Assembly: GCA_963837465.1 (NCBI GenBank)
Contig: CAWINB010000004.1
Coordinates: 458,853 to 522,852 of the forward strand
DNA from: Candidatus Doudnabacteria bacterium
GTDB lineage: Bacteria > Patescibacteriota > Doudnabacteria > UBA920
Direction of reading: 5' to 3'
DNA length: 64,000 nucleotides
Shown here: positions 1 to 9,029 of the stretch, in pieces
How positions within the stretch are numbered: position 1 is the stretch's first letter
How the letters are laid out: each line of letters begins with the position of its first letter
Program-made: the position numbers and the translations under genes
Notes under the pieces: generated by a model
Databases searched by the model: none
Seen by the model: the letters and a program-made list of their open reading frames with translations, nothing else
Told to the model about the DNA's origin: nothing

Positions 1-899
1 CGCCTGCCGACTATACAGTTGAACAAACCAAACAGCTCTACACTTTAATGTACGATTCAGGCTGCAAAGGCGGCACAATTTACCGCGACGGCAGCCGCGA
101 CGAGCAGATTTTGGCCACTGACCATAAAAAACTGGGCAAAGACGCCTCCGACCAGGTTCAGGCCAAACAGGATTCCGACGCCGCCTCGGCTAAGGTTACC
201 GCGGACAGCACGGCGCAGGCTGTTTCCAATCCCAAGGAAGTAATGTCCGTCTCCGGCGATAACGTGCAGATTAAATTAGCTCCGCGCACCCGTCCGGCCG
301 TTATGCAGGGAATTACCTATAAAATGAATACCGCCTACGGCAACCTGTATATAACCATAAACGAAGACGCGCAGGGGCCGTTTGAGGTGTTTGCCGCCTT
401 AGGCAAAGCAGGTGGGTTCTTTAGCGCCCAAACAGAGGCAATTACCAGGATGATATCTTTGTCTTTAAGGTCCAACGTGGCCGTGGAAGAAATTATTGCC
501 CAGCTAAAAGGTATTCGCGGGCCGGACGTATCATTTTCCGACGGCGGCGTGGTATTTTCTTTGCCCGATGCCATTGCCAAAATTTTGGAAAAGCACATTA
601 AGAGAAATGACAAACAGTTGGCTTTGGACTTGCCATCAGTGTCATCAGGGGATGTAGGGGCGAGCTTTAGCCGCCCGTCCGAGGACAATGAAACGATTAT
701 AAAAACAGAAGAAAAAGTAATAGAAACAGTTACCGAAGAAAAGATAAAGACTAACGGTACTCTAACCTATAAATCCAGTCAAAAAGTTTCCATAGCCAAC
801 CTCGGCAACGCCCCAGTCTGCCCTGCTTGCGCCAACATGATGCTAATGGCGGAAGGGTGTATGAAGTGTGAGCATTGCGGGTATAGCAAATGCGGCTAA
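1..899 (+). CDS. nrdJ: Class II (adenosylcobalamin-dependent) ribonucleotide reductase, C-terminal part (5'-truncated by window edge)
   Basis: GCKGGTIYRDGSR catalytic-domain end, TSCPD-like domain (SLPDAIA), C-terminal CPAC...EGCMKCEHCGYSKCG. Confidence 0.85.
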   Translation, partial: PADYTVEQTKQLYTLMYDSGCKGGTIYRDGSRDEQILATDHKKLGKDASDQVQAKQDSDAASAKVTADSTAQAVSNPKEVMSVSGDNVQIKLAPRTRPAVMQGITYKMNTAYGNLYITINEDAQGPFEVFAALGKAGGFFSAQTEAITRMISLSLRSNVAVEEIIAQLKGIRGPDVSFSDGGVVFSLPDAIAKILEKHIKRNDKQLALDLPSVSSGDVGASFSRPSEDNETIIKTEEKVIETVTEEKIKTNGTLTYKSSQKVSIANLGNAPVCPACANMMLMAEGCMKCEHCGYSKCG

Positions 900-956
900 C
901 GTCGCTGAAGGGACGCTGAAGACGGCAACGCTGATGTTACGCTGAATCTAAGTGGT

Positions 957-1019
957 GTCCATCCCGGAATTTTTTACGTCCTACGATTATCATCAGCCGT
1001 AAAAAATATCCGGGACCCA
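957..1019. repeat. REP-like palindrome (GTCCATCCCGGAATTTTTTACG...CGTAAAAAATATCCGGGAC)
   Basis: Imperfect inverted repeat read directly. Confidence 0.65.
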
Positions 1020-1111
1020 GAACGAAGTAAAAGGATATTGATAGAAATTAGGGAATTAATAGATATTAAACCAAAGGCGGCAGCTTAACAGCCGCCGCCT
1101 AATCTGTAGGT

Positions 1112-1315
1112 GTGTCATCCTGAATCCCGTATCAAGTACGGGGCAAGTTTATTCGCGGGCGTAAGAGCGGGAGAAATTAAATAGCTTGCTGTTTAATTTC
1201 CGAGCCGAAGGAGTCTTAATACAGGTTCAATACCGCGGAGCTCCGCTCCGAAAAGATAGCCGCTCCCGCGTTAATACCTCGTCAGCTCTGCCGCGAGGAA
1301 CCTTTATTTCAGGAT
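1112..1315. repeat. Left palindromic repeat of GIY-YIG cassette, split by nested palindromic inserts
   Basis: GTGTCATCCTGAA (1112-1124) and TTTATTTCAGGAT (1302-1314) joined equal the reverse complement of the intact copy at 1621-1647. Confidence 0.7.
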
Positions 1316-1319
1316 ACAT

Positions 1320-1607
1320 ATGAACTCTTATTGCGTTTACATATTATCCAGTAAATTTAACGGAATTTTATATATTGGAGTCACCGGTGATTTGGTGAAG
1401 CGCGTGTGGCAGCATAAAAATAACTCAGCTGATGGTTTTACAAAAAAGTATAAAGTACATGATCTGGTTTACTTTGAAGAAACCAGCGACATTGAATCAG
1501 CCATTCAAAGAGAAAAACAATTAAAGAATTGGCACAGACAATGGAAAATTAATCAGATACAAAAAAATAATCCTATTTGGAAAGATTTGTATCCTGGTTT
1601 ATTATAA
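1320..1607 (+). CDS. Stand-alone GIY-YIG nuclease family protein
   Basis: YCVYIL...LYIGVT..L.KRVWQH, AIQREKQLKNWHRQWK, NP.WKDL motifs; 95 aa. Confidence 0.9.
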   Translation: MNSYCVYILSSKFNGILYIGVTGDLVKRVWQHKNNSADGFTKKYKVHDLVYFEETSDIESAIQREKQLKNWHRQWKINQIQKNNPIWKDLYPGLL

Positions 1608-1620
1608 TTATAAATGTATG

Positions 1621-1647
1621 GATCCTGAAATAAATTCAGGATGACAC
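1621..1647. repeat. Right palindromic repeat of GIY-YIG cassette (GATCCTGAAATAAATTCAGGATGACAC)
   Basis: Hairpin ATCCTGAA/TTCAGGAT, inverted relative to left copy. Confidence 0.8.
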
Positions 1648-1651
1648 ACTT

Positions 1652-2281
1652 ATGACCCCCAAGAAACAAAAATTCAAAATGCCGAAAGAATTCTCCGACC
1701 AGCCCAAAGGCCTGGTGATTTGTTATATCGGCGCGGGCAAGGGCAAAACATCGGCCGCGATGGGATTGGCGGTTAGGGCGGCGGGGGACGGGAAGGATGT
1801 TTATATTTTGCAGTTTGTAAAGGCGAAAGCAGGGACAAGTGACAAGAGACAAGATGGCGAGTGGCCGGTGTCATCGGAAGTTAATTTTTTTGATAATGTG
1901 TCTTATTCCGGTCCTATCGGTCGTATAGAAAACGAACAAGTCGGCCTTGGTTTTGTGGGAATTTTGGGCGACAAAAAAGAGAAAGATGTTCATATCCGCC
2001 AGGCGTTAAAGGGTTTGGAACTGGCCAGGGAAATAATCCTGTCCGATGAATACGAACTCGTCATCTTAGATGAAATAATTTCCGCCCTGGAAGTCGGGCT
2101 TATAGAGGAGCGCGATATTTTGGATCTTATAAATATCAAACCGCCGCTAACCCATCTTGTAATTACCGGCCATAATAAATATCCTAAAATTTTAAAGCAG
2201 TGCGATCTTGTCACGGAAATGAAAATGATACAACATCCTTATTACAAAGGAATTTTGGCGCAGAAAGGGATAGACTACTAA
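1652..2281 (+). CDS. btuR: Cob(I)alamin adenosyltransferase, CobA/CobO/BtuR family
   Basis: GAGKGKTSAAMG.A.RAAG, LQFVK, ILDEI, LVITGH, DLVTEM..IQHPY..G..AQKGIDY. Confidence 0.9.
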   Translation: MTPKKQKFKMPKEFSDQPKGLVICYIGAGKGKTSAAMGLAVRAAGDGKDVYILQFVKAKAGTSDKRQDGEWPVSSEVNFFDNVSYSGPIGRIENEQVGLGFVGILGDKKEKDVHIRQALKGLELAREIILSDEYELVILDEIISALEVGLIEERDILDLINIKPPLTHLVITGHNKYPKILKQCDLVTEMKMIQHPYYKGILAQKGIDY

Positions 2282-2293
2282 GGGTGAGGTAGT

Positions 2294-2353
2294 TGTAGTT
2301 AGCCCATTTATGGGCTGTCCAGTCATTAACAGCCGATAAATCGGCTAACTACA
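2294..2353. repeat. GTAG-type REP doublet (REPIN-like)
   Basis: TGTAGTTAGCCCATTTATGGGCT...AGCCGATAAATCGGCTAACTACA; second copy at 22837-22892. Confidence 0.85.
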
Positions 2354-2425
2354 CTGGCATTAATCCAAATTATAATCCGCTTATATTAAGCGGGATTTTT
2401 ATTTTTGTGTTAGTATTAAGGCGTA

Positions 2426-3868
2426 ATGTCCAAGTCTAAAATTTTCATTTGGATAGTAATAACTTTTGCCGTGGGTATTTTGGCTGCTTCGGCTTTTGAT
2501 ATTCCGCGGCAGGGCGTTTATCTGTTTTTGGCGCTGTCTGCCGTTTGTTTTTGCGTGGCATTTGTGTCTGAAAAGAAAATTACCGCGCTGGTGACTTTAT
2601 TTTTAGTTTGCGCCGGAACGGGAGCTTTTAGGCTGCAAATATCAATTCATCCCGGTCAGTTTCAAAACCTGCTGGATGTCAGACAACAAATGGAAGGATA
2701 TATTGTGGAGGATGTTGAAATTAAAAATAACCTGCAGCAGCTTACGTTCCGCCCCAATAATTTTAAGCAGGATATTTTAATCAGCGAAACCTTGGGCCAG
2801 AAATTTTTTTACGGCGACCGGGTAGTGGCGACCGGGAAAATTGAGGAGGCAAAAAATTACGGCAATTTTGATTATCAAAAATACTTGCGGCGCTACAATA
2901 TTTACGGGCTTATGGATTATCCGCAGGTTTTAATTTTAAAAACCCGGCAATTAAACCCGCTTAAGTATTGGCTGCTTATGGCCAAGGCGGCATTTTCGCG
3001 AAAAATTTCCGTGATGTTCAGCCAGCCGCAGCAGTCTTTTTTGCTGGCCATATTAACGGGAGAAAAAGGGAATTTGCCGCAATCCGTAATCGGCAATTTC
3101 AGTAAAACCGGCGCTTCGCATATTATTGCCGCGGATGGTTACAAGGTCGCCGTTTTGGTAGGGCTTTTGTCTTCGCTGGCTCCTTTTTTTGGCCGCCGGG
3201 CGGCTTTCTGGCTGACAATTTTAGCCTTAACCGGGTTTGTGGTCATAACCGGCGCGCCGGCTTCGGTGGTTCGCTCGGCCATTATGGGTTTTTTGCTGGT
3301 TTTTTCCATTAATATAGGCCGTCAGTATTCCATTGTGCCGGCCTTGTTTTTTGCCGCGGCCCTGATGCTGCTGTTCAATCCGAAAATTTTATTTTGGGAC
3401 GCTGGTTTCCAGCTGTCTTTTGCCGCCACTTTGGGTATTGTTTATTTTATGCCGGTGCTTAAGCGGCTTAGCCGGGACCTGCCGGATTTGTGGTTTGTTA
3501 AAAATTTATTTTTAATTACTCTGGCCGCGGTGGTTTCCACCATGCCTTTTATTTTGCTGGATTTTGGCGTGTTAAGTCTGTCCGCTCCCGTTGTCAATGT
3601 CCTGATTATGCCCGCGCTGTCTTTTGCCATGGCTTTTGGCTTTCTGTCCGTACTGCCGTTTTTGGGCAAAGGCTTCGCTTTTATAGCCAACGGGCTTTTA
3701 TCTTACATTTTAAAGGTCACGGCTTTTTTCGCGCTGCTGCCTTATGCCAGTTTGAGCTTTAGTATTGCGCCCTGGATGTTTTGGCTGCTTCTGGCCGCGG
3801 TTTTCGGGCTGTATTTTTTGCTGAGATTTTTTGCCGGCCGCATGACGGCAAAGAATACGGATTCTTAA
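2426..3868 (+). CDS. comEC: ComEC/Rec2 competence membrane protein
   Basis: Multi-TM; FDYQKYL, F.KTGASHIIA.DG, GAPASVVRSAIM, D.GFQLSFAATLG. Confidence 0.9.
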   Translation: MSKSKIFIWIVITFAVGILAASAFDIPRQGVYLFLALSAVCFCVAFVSEKKITALVTLFLVCAGTGAFRLQISIHPGQFQNLLDVRQQMEGYIVEDVEIKNNLQQLTFRPNNFKQDILISETLGQKFFYGDRVVATGKIEEAKNYGNFDYQKYLRRYNIYGLMDYPQVLILKTRQLNPLKYWLLMAKAAFSRKISVMFSQPQQSFLLAILTGEKGNLPQSVIGNFSKTGASHIIAADGYKVAVLVGLLSSLAPFFGRRAAFWLTILALTGFVVITGAPASVVRSAIMGFLLVFSINIGRQYSIVPALFFAAALMLLFNPKILFWDAGFQLSFAATLGIVYFMPVLKRLSRDLPDLWFVKNLFLITLAAVVSTMPFILLDFGVLSLSAPVVNVLIMPALSFAMAFGFLSVLPFLGKGFAFIANGLLSYILKVTAFFALLPYASLSFSIAPWMFWLLLAAVFGLYFLLRFFAGRMTAKNTDS

Positions 3869-3872
3869 GTCA

Positions 3873-3983
3873 AGGCCAAAAATATTGGCAATTTTCTTTG
3901 CCGCGGAACTCGTCGCCGCTCGGGCGGGCGCTAGTTCTTACACAGTACCCGCAGCAGAAAATTACCGATATTTTTCGGCCTTC
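3873..3983. repeat. Long imperfect hairpin, MITE-like element
   Basis: AAGGCC-AAAAATATTGGCAATTTTCT pairs with AGAAAATTACCGATATTTTT-CGGCCTT. Confidence 0.55.
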
Positions 3984-4103
3984 GTTTTACCGGGTTAAAT
4001 AAATTTTTAAGTTTTTATCCTGTTGGTTGAACAAAATAAAAGCATATGGTAAGATAACGAATATGAAGATAGATTCCATAAATTAATTTTTTAAAGTCCT
4101 AAC

Positions 4104-4886
4104 ATGTCAAATAAAATCCTTGGTTTAGTCATTGCTTTAATTATTATTATCGGAGCGGCCATAGCAGGCTATTTTTACTGGCAGCAAACCCGGCCGTTAA
4201 AAGTTTCCACGCAAAACCCAAGCCTCATTCCGCCCCCTGATATGGATCGGCAAGCGCCCCAAGCTCCTGCCCAGCAGCCCGCGCAGGCCACATCAACCCC
4301 GGCAGCGTCTCCGGTTACGCGGAACAACACCGAATGCAAGCGTGATTTTAGCCAGGCGGAGCTGAACGAGAACGCCAGCATTAATATCCAGAATCGCGAA
4401 GTCGCCGTTGACGTGCAAAATTTTGGTACTATCACCCTGGGTTTTTACCCCAGCGACGCGCCTAAGGCTGTGGAGAATTTTTTGCGCTTGGCCGATGCCG
4501 GCTATTATGACTGTTTAACCTTCCATCGCGTGGCGGCCGGGTTTGTTATCCAGGGCGGCGACCCCAACGGCAACGGCAGCGGTGGAACCAGCGCTTATGG
4601 CGCCCCGTTTGCCGATGAACTTAATCCTGTCACCCAGAGCTATAAAACCGGCTATGTCGCCGGAGTGCTGGCCATGGCCAACAGCGGTCCGAACACAAAC
4701 GGCAGCCAGTTTTTTATTACCACGGCCAACGACACCCAGGCCCTGCAGCATCTTTACACAATTTTTGGCCATGTAATTTCCGGTATGGATGTAGCGGAAA
4801 AAATCGGCGCGTTGCAAACCAATCCGCCGGGAGACGGCATGCCGCTTACACCTGTAATAATGACGAGCGTGAAAATTATTAAATAG
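4104..4886 (+). CDS. Membrane-anchored cyclophilin-type peptidyl-prolyl isomerase
   Basis: N-terminal TM; FHRV..GFVIQGGDP.G.G.GG, LAMANSGPNTNGSQFFIT. Confidence 0.93.
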   Translation: MSNKILGLVIALIIIIGAAIAGYFYWQQTRPLKVSTQNPSLIPPPDMDRQAPQAPAQQPAQATSTPAASPVTRNNTECKRDFSQAELNENASINIQNREVAVDVQNFGTITLGFYPSDAPKAVENFLRLADAGYYDCLTFHRVAAGFVIQGGDPNGNGSGGTSAYGAPFADELNPVTQSYKTGYVAGVLAMANSGPNTNGSQFFITTANDTQALQHLYTIFGHVISGMDVAEKIGALQTNPPGDGMPLTPVIMTSVKIIK

Positions 4887-4965
4887 CGTATAGCGGATAG
4901 TGATTGGCGTTTAGAAACAAAGTCCTAAACGCTAAACGCTAAACGCTAAACGCTAAACGCTAAAA
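4883..4965. repeat. Heptamer tandem repeat (CTAAACG)x5 with degenerate inverted arm upstream
   Basis: Read directly between cyclophilin gene and ndk. Confidence 0.85.
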
Positions 4966-4967
4966 CT

Positions 4968-5462
4968 ATGGAAAGAACACTTGTTTTGCTCAAGCCCGAT
5001 GCCGTTGACCGCGGATTAATCGGCGAAATTATCACCCGCTTTGAAAAGGTTGGCCTTAAAATAGCCGGCCTTAAAATGGCTTGGCCGGAAAAAGAGCACG
5101 CGGCGAAACATTATACCGAAGACTTGGCCAAAAGGCGAGGCCAGCATGTGCGTGATTTAATGATAGAAATGCTGACTTCGGGCCCCGTGGTCGCCATTTG
5201 CCTGGAAGGTGTGGAAGCGGTGGAGCAAGCACGCAAAATGGTCGGTCCAACAGAGCCCAAGGCCGCGGCGCCCGGCACCATTCGCGGCGATTTTGCCCAC
5301 GTTTCTTTTAAGCATGCCGACAGCAAACAAATGGGCGTAATGAACCTTGTCCACGCCTCCGGCAACCTGGAAGATGCGGCCTTGGAAATTCCCGTTTGGT
5401 TTTCCGAAAGCGAACTGCATGGGCATAAGCCGGGGTATACTAAGCATACGATTGCTTATTAG
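4968..5462 (+). CDS. ndk: Nucleoside diphosphate kinase
   Basis: ERTLVLLKPDAV.RGLIGEII.RFE, PGTIRGDF, NLVHAS. Confidence 0.96.
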   Translation: MERTLVLLKPDAVDRGLIGEIITRFEKVGLKIAGLKMAWPEKEHAAKHYTEDLAKRRGQHVRDLMIEMLTSGPVVAICLEGVEAVEQARKMVGPTEPKAAAPGTIRGDFAHVSFKHADSKQMGVMNLVHASGNLEDAALEIPVWFSESELHGHKPGYTKHTIAY

Positions 5463-5474
5463 GTTTTAGGTTAT

Positions 5475-5504
5475 AAAAAACTCCCTCACTTAAGGGAGTT
5501 TTTT
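5475..5504. terminator. Bidirectional intrinsic terminator
   Basis: AAAAAACTCCCT-cactta-AGGGAGTTTTTT between convergent genes. Confidence 0.8.
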
Positions 5505-5547
5505 GATTTTGACAAATAGAGAATAGTGTCAAGGGTCACCCTTGACA

Positions 5548-7065
5548 CTATTTTTTCCTAAAAAACCTCGGCAAGCTTAAATCTTTCAGCTTCAGTTCCC
5601 TAACTCTCTGGATTATGCCTTTATCGTGCTCGTTAAGATAGTGGCGGATGCGGTTGCGCGCGTTGTGGGTTTTGGCGGCTTTGAGCCAGTCGCGCGAAAT
5701 TGTGGCCGGTTTTTTTGTTTTAATAATTTCCACCACGTCTTCGTTTTCCAGCTCGTCAAAAATACTGGCCATTTTGTGGTTAATTTTAACACCCATCATG
5801 TGATGCCCCAGGTCCGTGTGCACGGCAAAGGCGAAATCTATTACCGTGGCGCCGGCAGGCAAATCTTTAATGTCGCCTTTGGGCGTGAACACAAAAATCC
5901 GGTCGCGAAAAAAATCTATCTTTAAGCTTTCCAAAAACTCCTCGGGATTTTGGGCTTCTTCCTGCCAGGAGCGCAGCTCTTTTATCCATTTGGCCTGCAG
6001 CCGTTCGGGAAGATTATCCGGCTTGCCTTCCTCGGCGTAAAACCAGTGGGCCGCGACGCCGCGTTCGGCTTCCTCATGCATCAAGTCGGTGCGGATCTGG
6101 ATTTCAAACGTCTTGCCCTCCCGGCCAAAGACCGTGGTATGGATGCTCTGGTAGCCGTTGGGCTTGGGCGTGGCGATGAAATCTTTAATCCTGCCCGGCG
6201 CCGGCTGGAAGTGTTTGTGGATGACGCCCAAAGCCGCGTAACAGTCGGCCGTGGATTTGGTGATAACGCGCAGAGCGATGACATCATGGATTTTGCTTAA
6301 GTCGCCGCCGTATTTTTCCAGTTTTTTCCACAGCGAATAAATTCTTTTTACCCGGCCGGAAATATCCAGGTACTTAATACCCTCGCTCCTTAGGGTGTGC
6401 CCCAGATTTTTTTCCATAAGCTTGACGCTGTCCTGCCGGCTTTGCAGCTCCGCTTCCAAAAGTTCGCGCGTCTGTTCGTACTCCCTGGGGTAAACGACTT
6501 TAAAAGACAGGTCTTCCAAATCGTCTTTCCAGCCGCTAATGCCCAGGCGCGCGGCAATAGGGGCGTAAATTTCCAGGGTTTCATTGGCGACTTTAATCTG
6601 TTTTTCCGGGGCGATGAATTCCAAAGTCCGCATATTGTGGAGGCGGTCGGCCAGCTTAACCAAAATAACGCGAATGTCCTGGCTGGTGGCGATGAACAGT
6701 TTGCGCAGGTTTTCCACGTAAAATTTATCCTTGCTGTTTTTCATCCGCACCTGGCCGAGCTGGGTTACGCCGTCTATAAGCCGGGAGATTTCGTCGCCGA
6801 ACTGGCCCCGGATTTTTTCCAGTGAGACGCTGGTATCTTCGGGTACATCGTGCAGCAGAGTGGCGGCCAGGGTGGAAACATCGGGAAAAATTTGCCCTAA
6901 AATTACGGCTGACTGGCTGACATGCGTAAAGTAGTCCTCGCCGCTGCGGCGTTTCTGCCCGTGGTGGGACTGTTTGGCCAAATCATAAGCCTGTTTTAAA
7001 AGTTCGTTTTCCTGGGTGGAAAATTTATGGGGAATGGAATTTAAAAAATGGGTAAAATCATTCAT
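5548..7065 (-). CDS. RelA/SpoT family (p)ppGpp synthetase/hydrolase (HD-SYNTH-TGS, no ACT domain)
   Basis: H.GQKRRSGE.Y..H, LLHDVPED, KLADRLHNMRT, KPNGYQSIHT, EIQIRT, FVFTPKG, DFAFAVHT. Confidence 0.93.
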   Translation of the reverse strand: MNDFTHFLNSIPHKFSTQENELLKQAYDLAKQSHHGQKRRSGEDYFTHVSQSAVILGQIFPDVSTLAATLLHDVPEDTSVSLEKIRGQFGDEISRLIDGVTQLGQVRMKNSKDKFYVENLRKLFIATSQDIRVILVKLADRLHNMRTLEFIAPEKQIKVANETLEIYAPIAARLGISGWKDDLEDLSFKVVYPREYEQTRELLEAELQSRQDSVKLMEKNLGHTLRSEGIKYLDISGRVKRIYSLWKKLEKYGGDLSKIHDVIALRVITKSTADCYAALGVIHKHFQPAPGRIKDFIATPKPNGYQSIHTTVFGREGKTFEIQIRTDLMHEEAERGVAAHWFYAEEGKPDNLPERLQAKWIKELRSWQEEAQNPEEFLESLKIDFFRDRIFVFTPKGDIKDLPAGATVIDFAFAVHTDLGHHMMGVKINHKMASIFDELENEDVVEIIKTKKPATISRDWLKAAKTHNARNRIRHYLNEHDKGIIQRVRELKLKDLSLPRFFRKK

Positions 7066-7106
7066 GGCAGATGCATTATATCACGGGGAAGGCTTGATGG
7101 TATAAT

Positions 7107-7212
7107 AGAATTGACAAAAATGACATAATTGACAAGATTGAACAAAATTAGCTCCGCGCTGCCCCCTCAATTTTGTCAATTTTATTTAATTTTTTAAATT
7201 TTGTTCAATTAA
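7107..7212. repeat. Degenerate 9-mer tandem repeats (ATTGACAAA-like) with inverted arm
   Basis: Read directly upstream of mutM. Confidence 0.65.
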
Positions 7213-7215
7213 CTT

Positions 7216-8172
7216 ATGCCCGAACTCCCCGAAGTCCAAACCATTGTTTCCGAGTTAAACAGGAAGCTAAAAAACCGAAAGCTAAAATCGGTTAAAGTTA
7301 ACGCGCCTAAAATGGTGCATGTTGGCCCGCGTACGGTAAGTAATATCAGAACAGCCAATCAGCGGTCAGTTGATAAGTTTATCGGCCTGCTGGCAGGACA
7401 ACGCGTACTTTCCGTAAAGCGGCGGGCAAAATTACTGATCTTTAATTTTTCTCCGACTTCGCCAAGGCTTCGTCGGACAAGGGGTTCTTTGTCAATGCTG
7501 GTCCATCTTAAAATGACCGGGCAGTTTATTTTTGAAGACGCGAAATTGCGGCAAAAGACAAACGGTAAGTATCGGATGCTAAACAGGCTCAACGCGCCGT
7601 TTGTCCAGCTCCCAGGCAAGCATACCCACGTAATTTTTTATTTTACCGATGGTTCGGTTTTATATTTTAACGATGTGCGAAAGTTTGGCTATCTTAAGCT
7701 GGTGCGCCGCGACGAACTCAGTCAGGTTAAGGAGCTTCAAGGTTATGGACCTGAGCCATTGGAAAAAAAGTTTACTTTAAGTATTTTTAAATCCATCCCG
7801 CTAAAAAGGCCCAAAGGTAAAATCAAGCAGGTTTTAATGGACTCCGCTCTAATAGCCGGCATCGGCAACATTTACAGCGATGAAATTTTATTCCACGCTG
7901 AAGTGCGGCCGGCGCGGGTGGTATCATCTTTAACCCCAAAAGAAATGTCGGCAATCCATAAATGGATAAAACCCGTCCTGCTAAAAGGCATAGCGGCCAA
8001 AGGCTCCTCCGTGGGCGACTTTGTCCGCACGGACGGCACCTGGGGCCGAATGGGCAAATTCCACTATGTCTACGGACGAAAAGGACGGAACTGCAAAAAG
8101 TGTGGTACCATTATAGAAAGTATTAAATTAAACGGCCGGACAGGATCTTACTGTCCCGTCTGCCAAAAATAA
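7216..8172 (+). CDS. mutM: Formamidopyrimidine-DNA glycosylase
   Basis: MPELPEV, HLKMTG, D.RKFG, GIGNIYSDE, C-terminal C4 zinc finger. Confidence 0.96.
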   Translation: MPELPEVQTIVSELNRKLKNRKLKSVKVNAPKMVHVGPRTVSNIRTANQRSVDKFIGLLAGQRVLSVKRRAKLLIFNFSPTSPRLRRTRGSLSMLVHLKMTGQFIFEDAKLRQKTNGKYRMLNRLNAPFVQLPGKHTHVIFYFTDGSVLYFNDVRKFGYLKLVRRDELSQVKELQGYGPEPLEKKFTLSIFKSIPLKRPKGKIKQVLMDSALIAGIGNIYSDEILFHAEVRPARVVSSLTPKEMSAIHKWIKPVLLKGIAAKGSSVGDFVRTDGTWGRMGKFHYVYGRKGRNCKKCGTIIESIKLNGRTGSYCPVCQK

Positions 8173-8175
8173 TTA

Positions 8176-8336
8176 AGAACCTGTTTTAAAAATACTCCGG
8201 GCCGCGATTTAAGAATTTTGGCCAAAATCCCAAAAAAATTGTTCCGTTTAACTTAGGTTAAACACCAAAATTTATATTGAAATTTTGTCACAAAATTCTT
8301 AAATTCCGCCCGCGAATTATTTTTCAAACAGGTTCT
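8176..8336. mobile_element. MITE with terminal inverted repeats AGAACCTGTTT / AAACAGGTTCT
   Basis: 11-bp perfect TIRs plus internal dyads (ATTTAAGAATTTTG / CAAAATTCTTAAAT); no ORF. Confidence 0.75.
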
Positions 8337-8346
8337 ACCAAAAAAT

Positions 8347-8607
8347 ATGGAAATGAACCAAAAATCCGCTCCTGAGCCGACCCAAAATCTAACCCCGGAA
8401 TCATCCGTCCCTAAGGATATGGATGAAAGGCAAATGATAGCCGAAATTCATAAGTTTACCAAACAAACGCGAAATTATATGCGCTGGCAGATTTATATTA
8501 CTTTGGTTTTGGTGGTTTTGCCGCTTTTGGCGCTGCTGTTTTCGCTGCCTTTTTTGGTAAGGAGCCTGGAAGCTTCCGCCATAGCCCCAATGCAGGGGGT
8601 GCAATAA
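8347..8607 (+). CDS. Small single-TM hypothetical protein
   Basis: 86-aa ORF with one hydrophobic helix, operon orientation. Confidence 0.7.
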   Translation: MEMNQKSAPEPTQNLTPESSVPKDMDERQMIAEIHKFTKQTRNYMRWQIYITLVLVVLPLLALLFSLPFLVRSLEASAIAPMQGVQ

Positions 8608-8680
8608 TTTTTAATTTAAACATATAAGCATTAAAGTATCTCCATCAATGCCCCATGCTTTAATGTTAACATGAACTCAT

Positions 8681-9025
8681 ATGCAAGATGAAAAATGGGA
8701 ACAATTGGCGGAGGCCGCGCAAAAGCATTTTAAAAATGTGAGTTTGGCTCACGAGGATTTAATAATGGATTCCCAAGATGGGCCAATTAAGCAGGGGACC
8801 CAAGATGTTTTGACTTTAGAAAATCCCGCGGGCAGATTTAAGCTTGTGCGCGAAAACCGCCCGGCAGTTTTGGAAAAAAAGGAACTTTATTCCCACCGCG
8901 CCGGACAGTCGGCGCAAACACAATATAAATTTTCGGAAACGGAATTCTCCCACAAGTTAAAAGTTTATAAAGAAGTGGACTTTGACGATTGGGAAGAGGT
9001 CACCTTAGATAAGCTGGGGCTATAA
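8681..9025 (+). CDS. Hypothetical protein
   Basis: 114-aa ATG ORF abutting next gene. Confidence 0.75.
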   Translation: MQDEKWEQLAEAAQKHFKNVSLAHEDLIMDSQDGPIKQGTQDVLTLENPAGRFKLVRENRPAVLEKKELYSHRAGQSAQTQYKFSETEFSHKLKVYKEVDFDDWEEVTLDKLGL

Positions 9026-9029
9026 TCTT

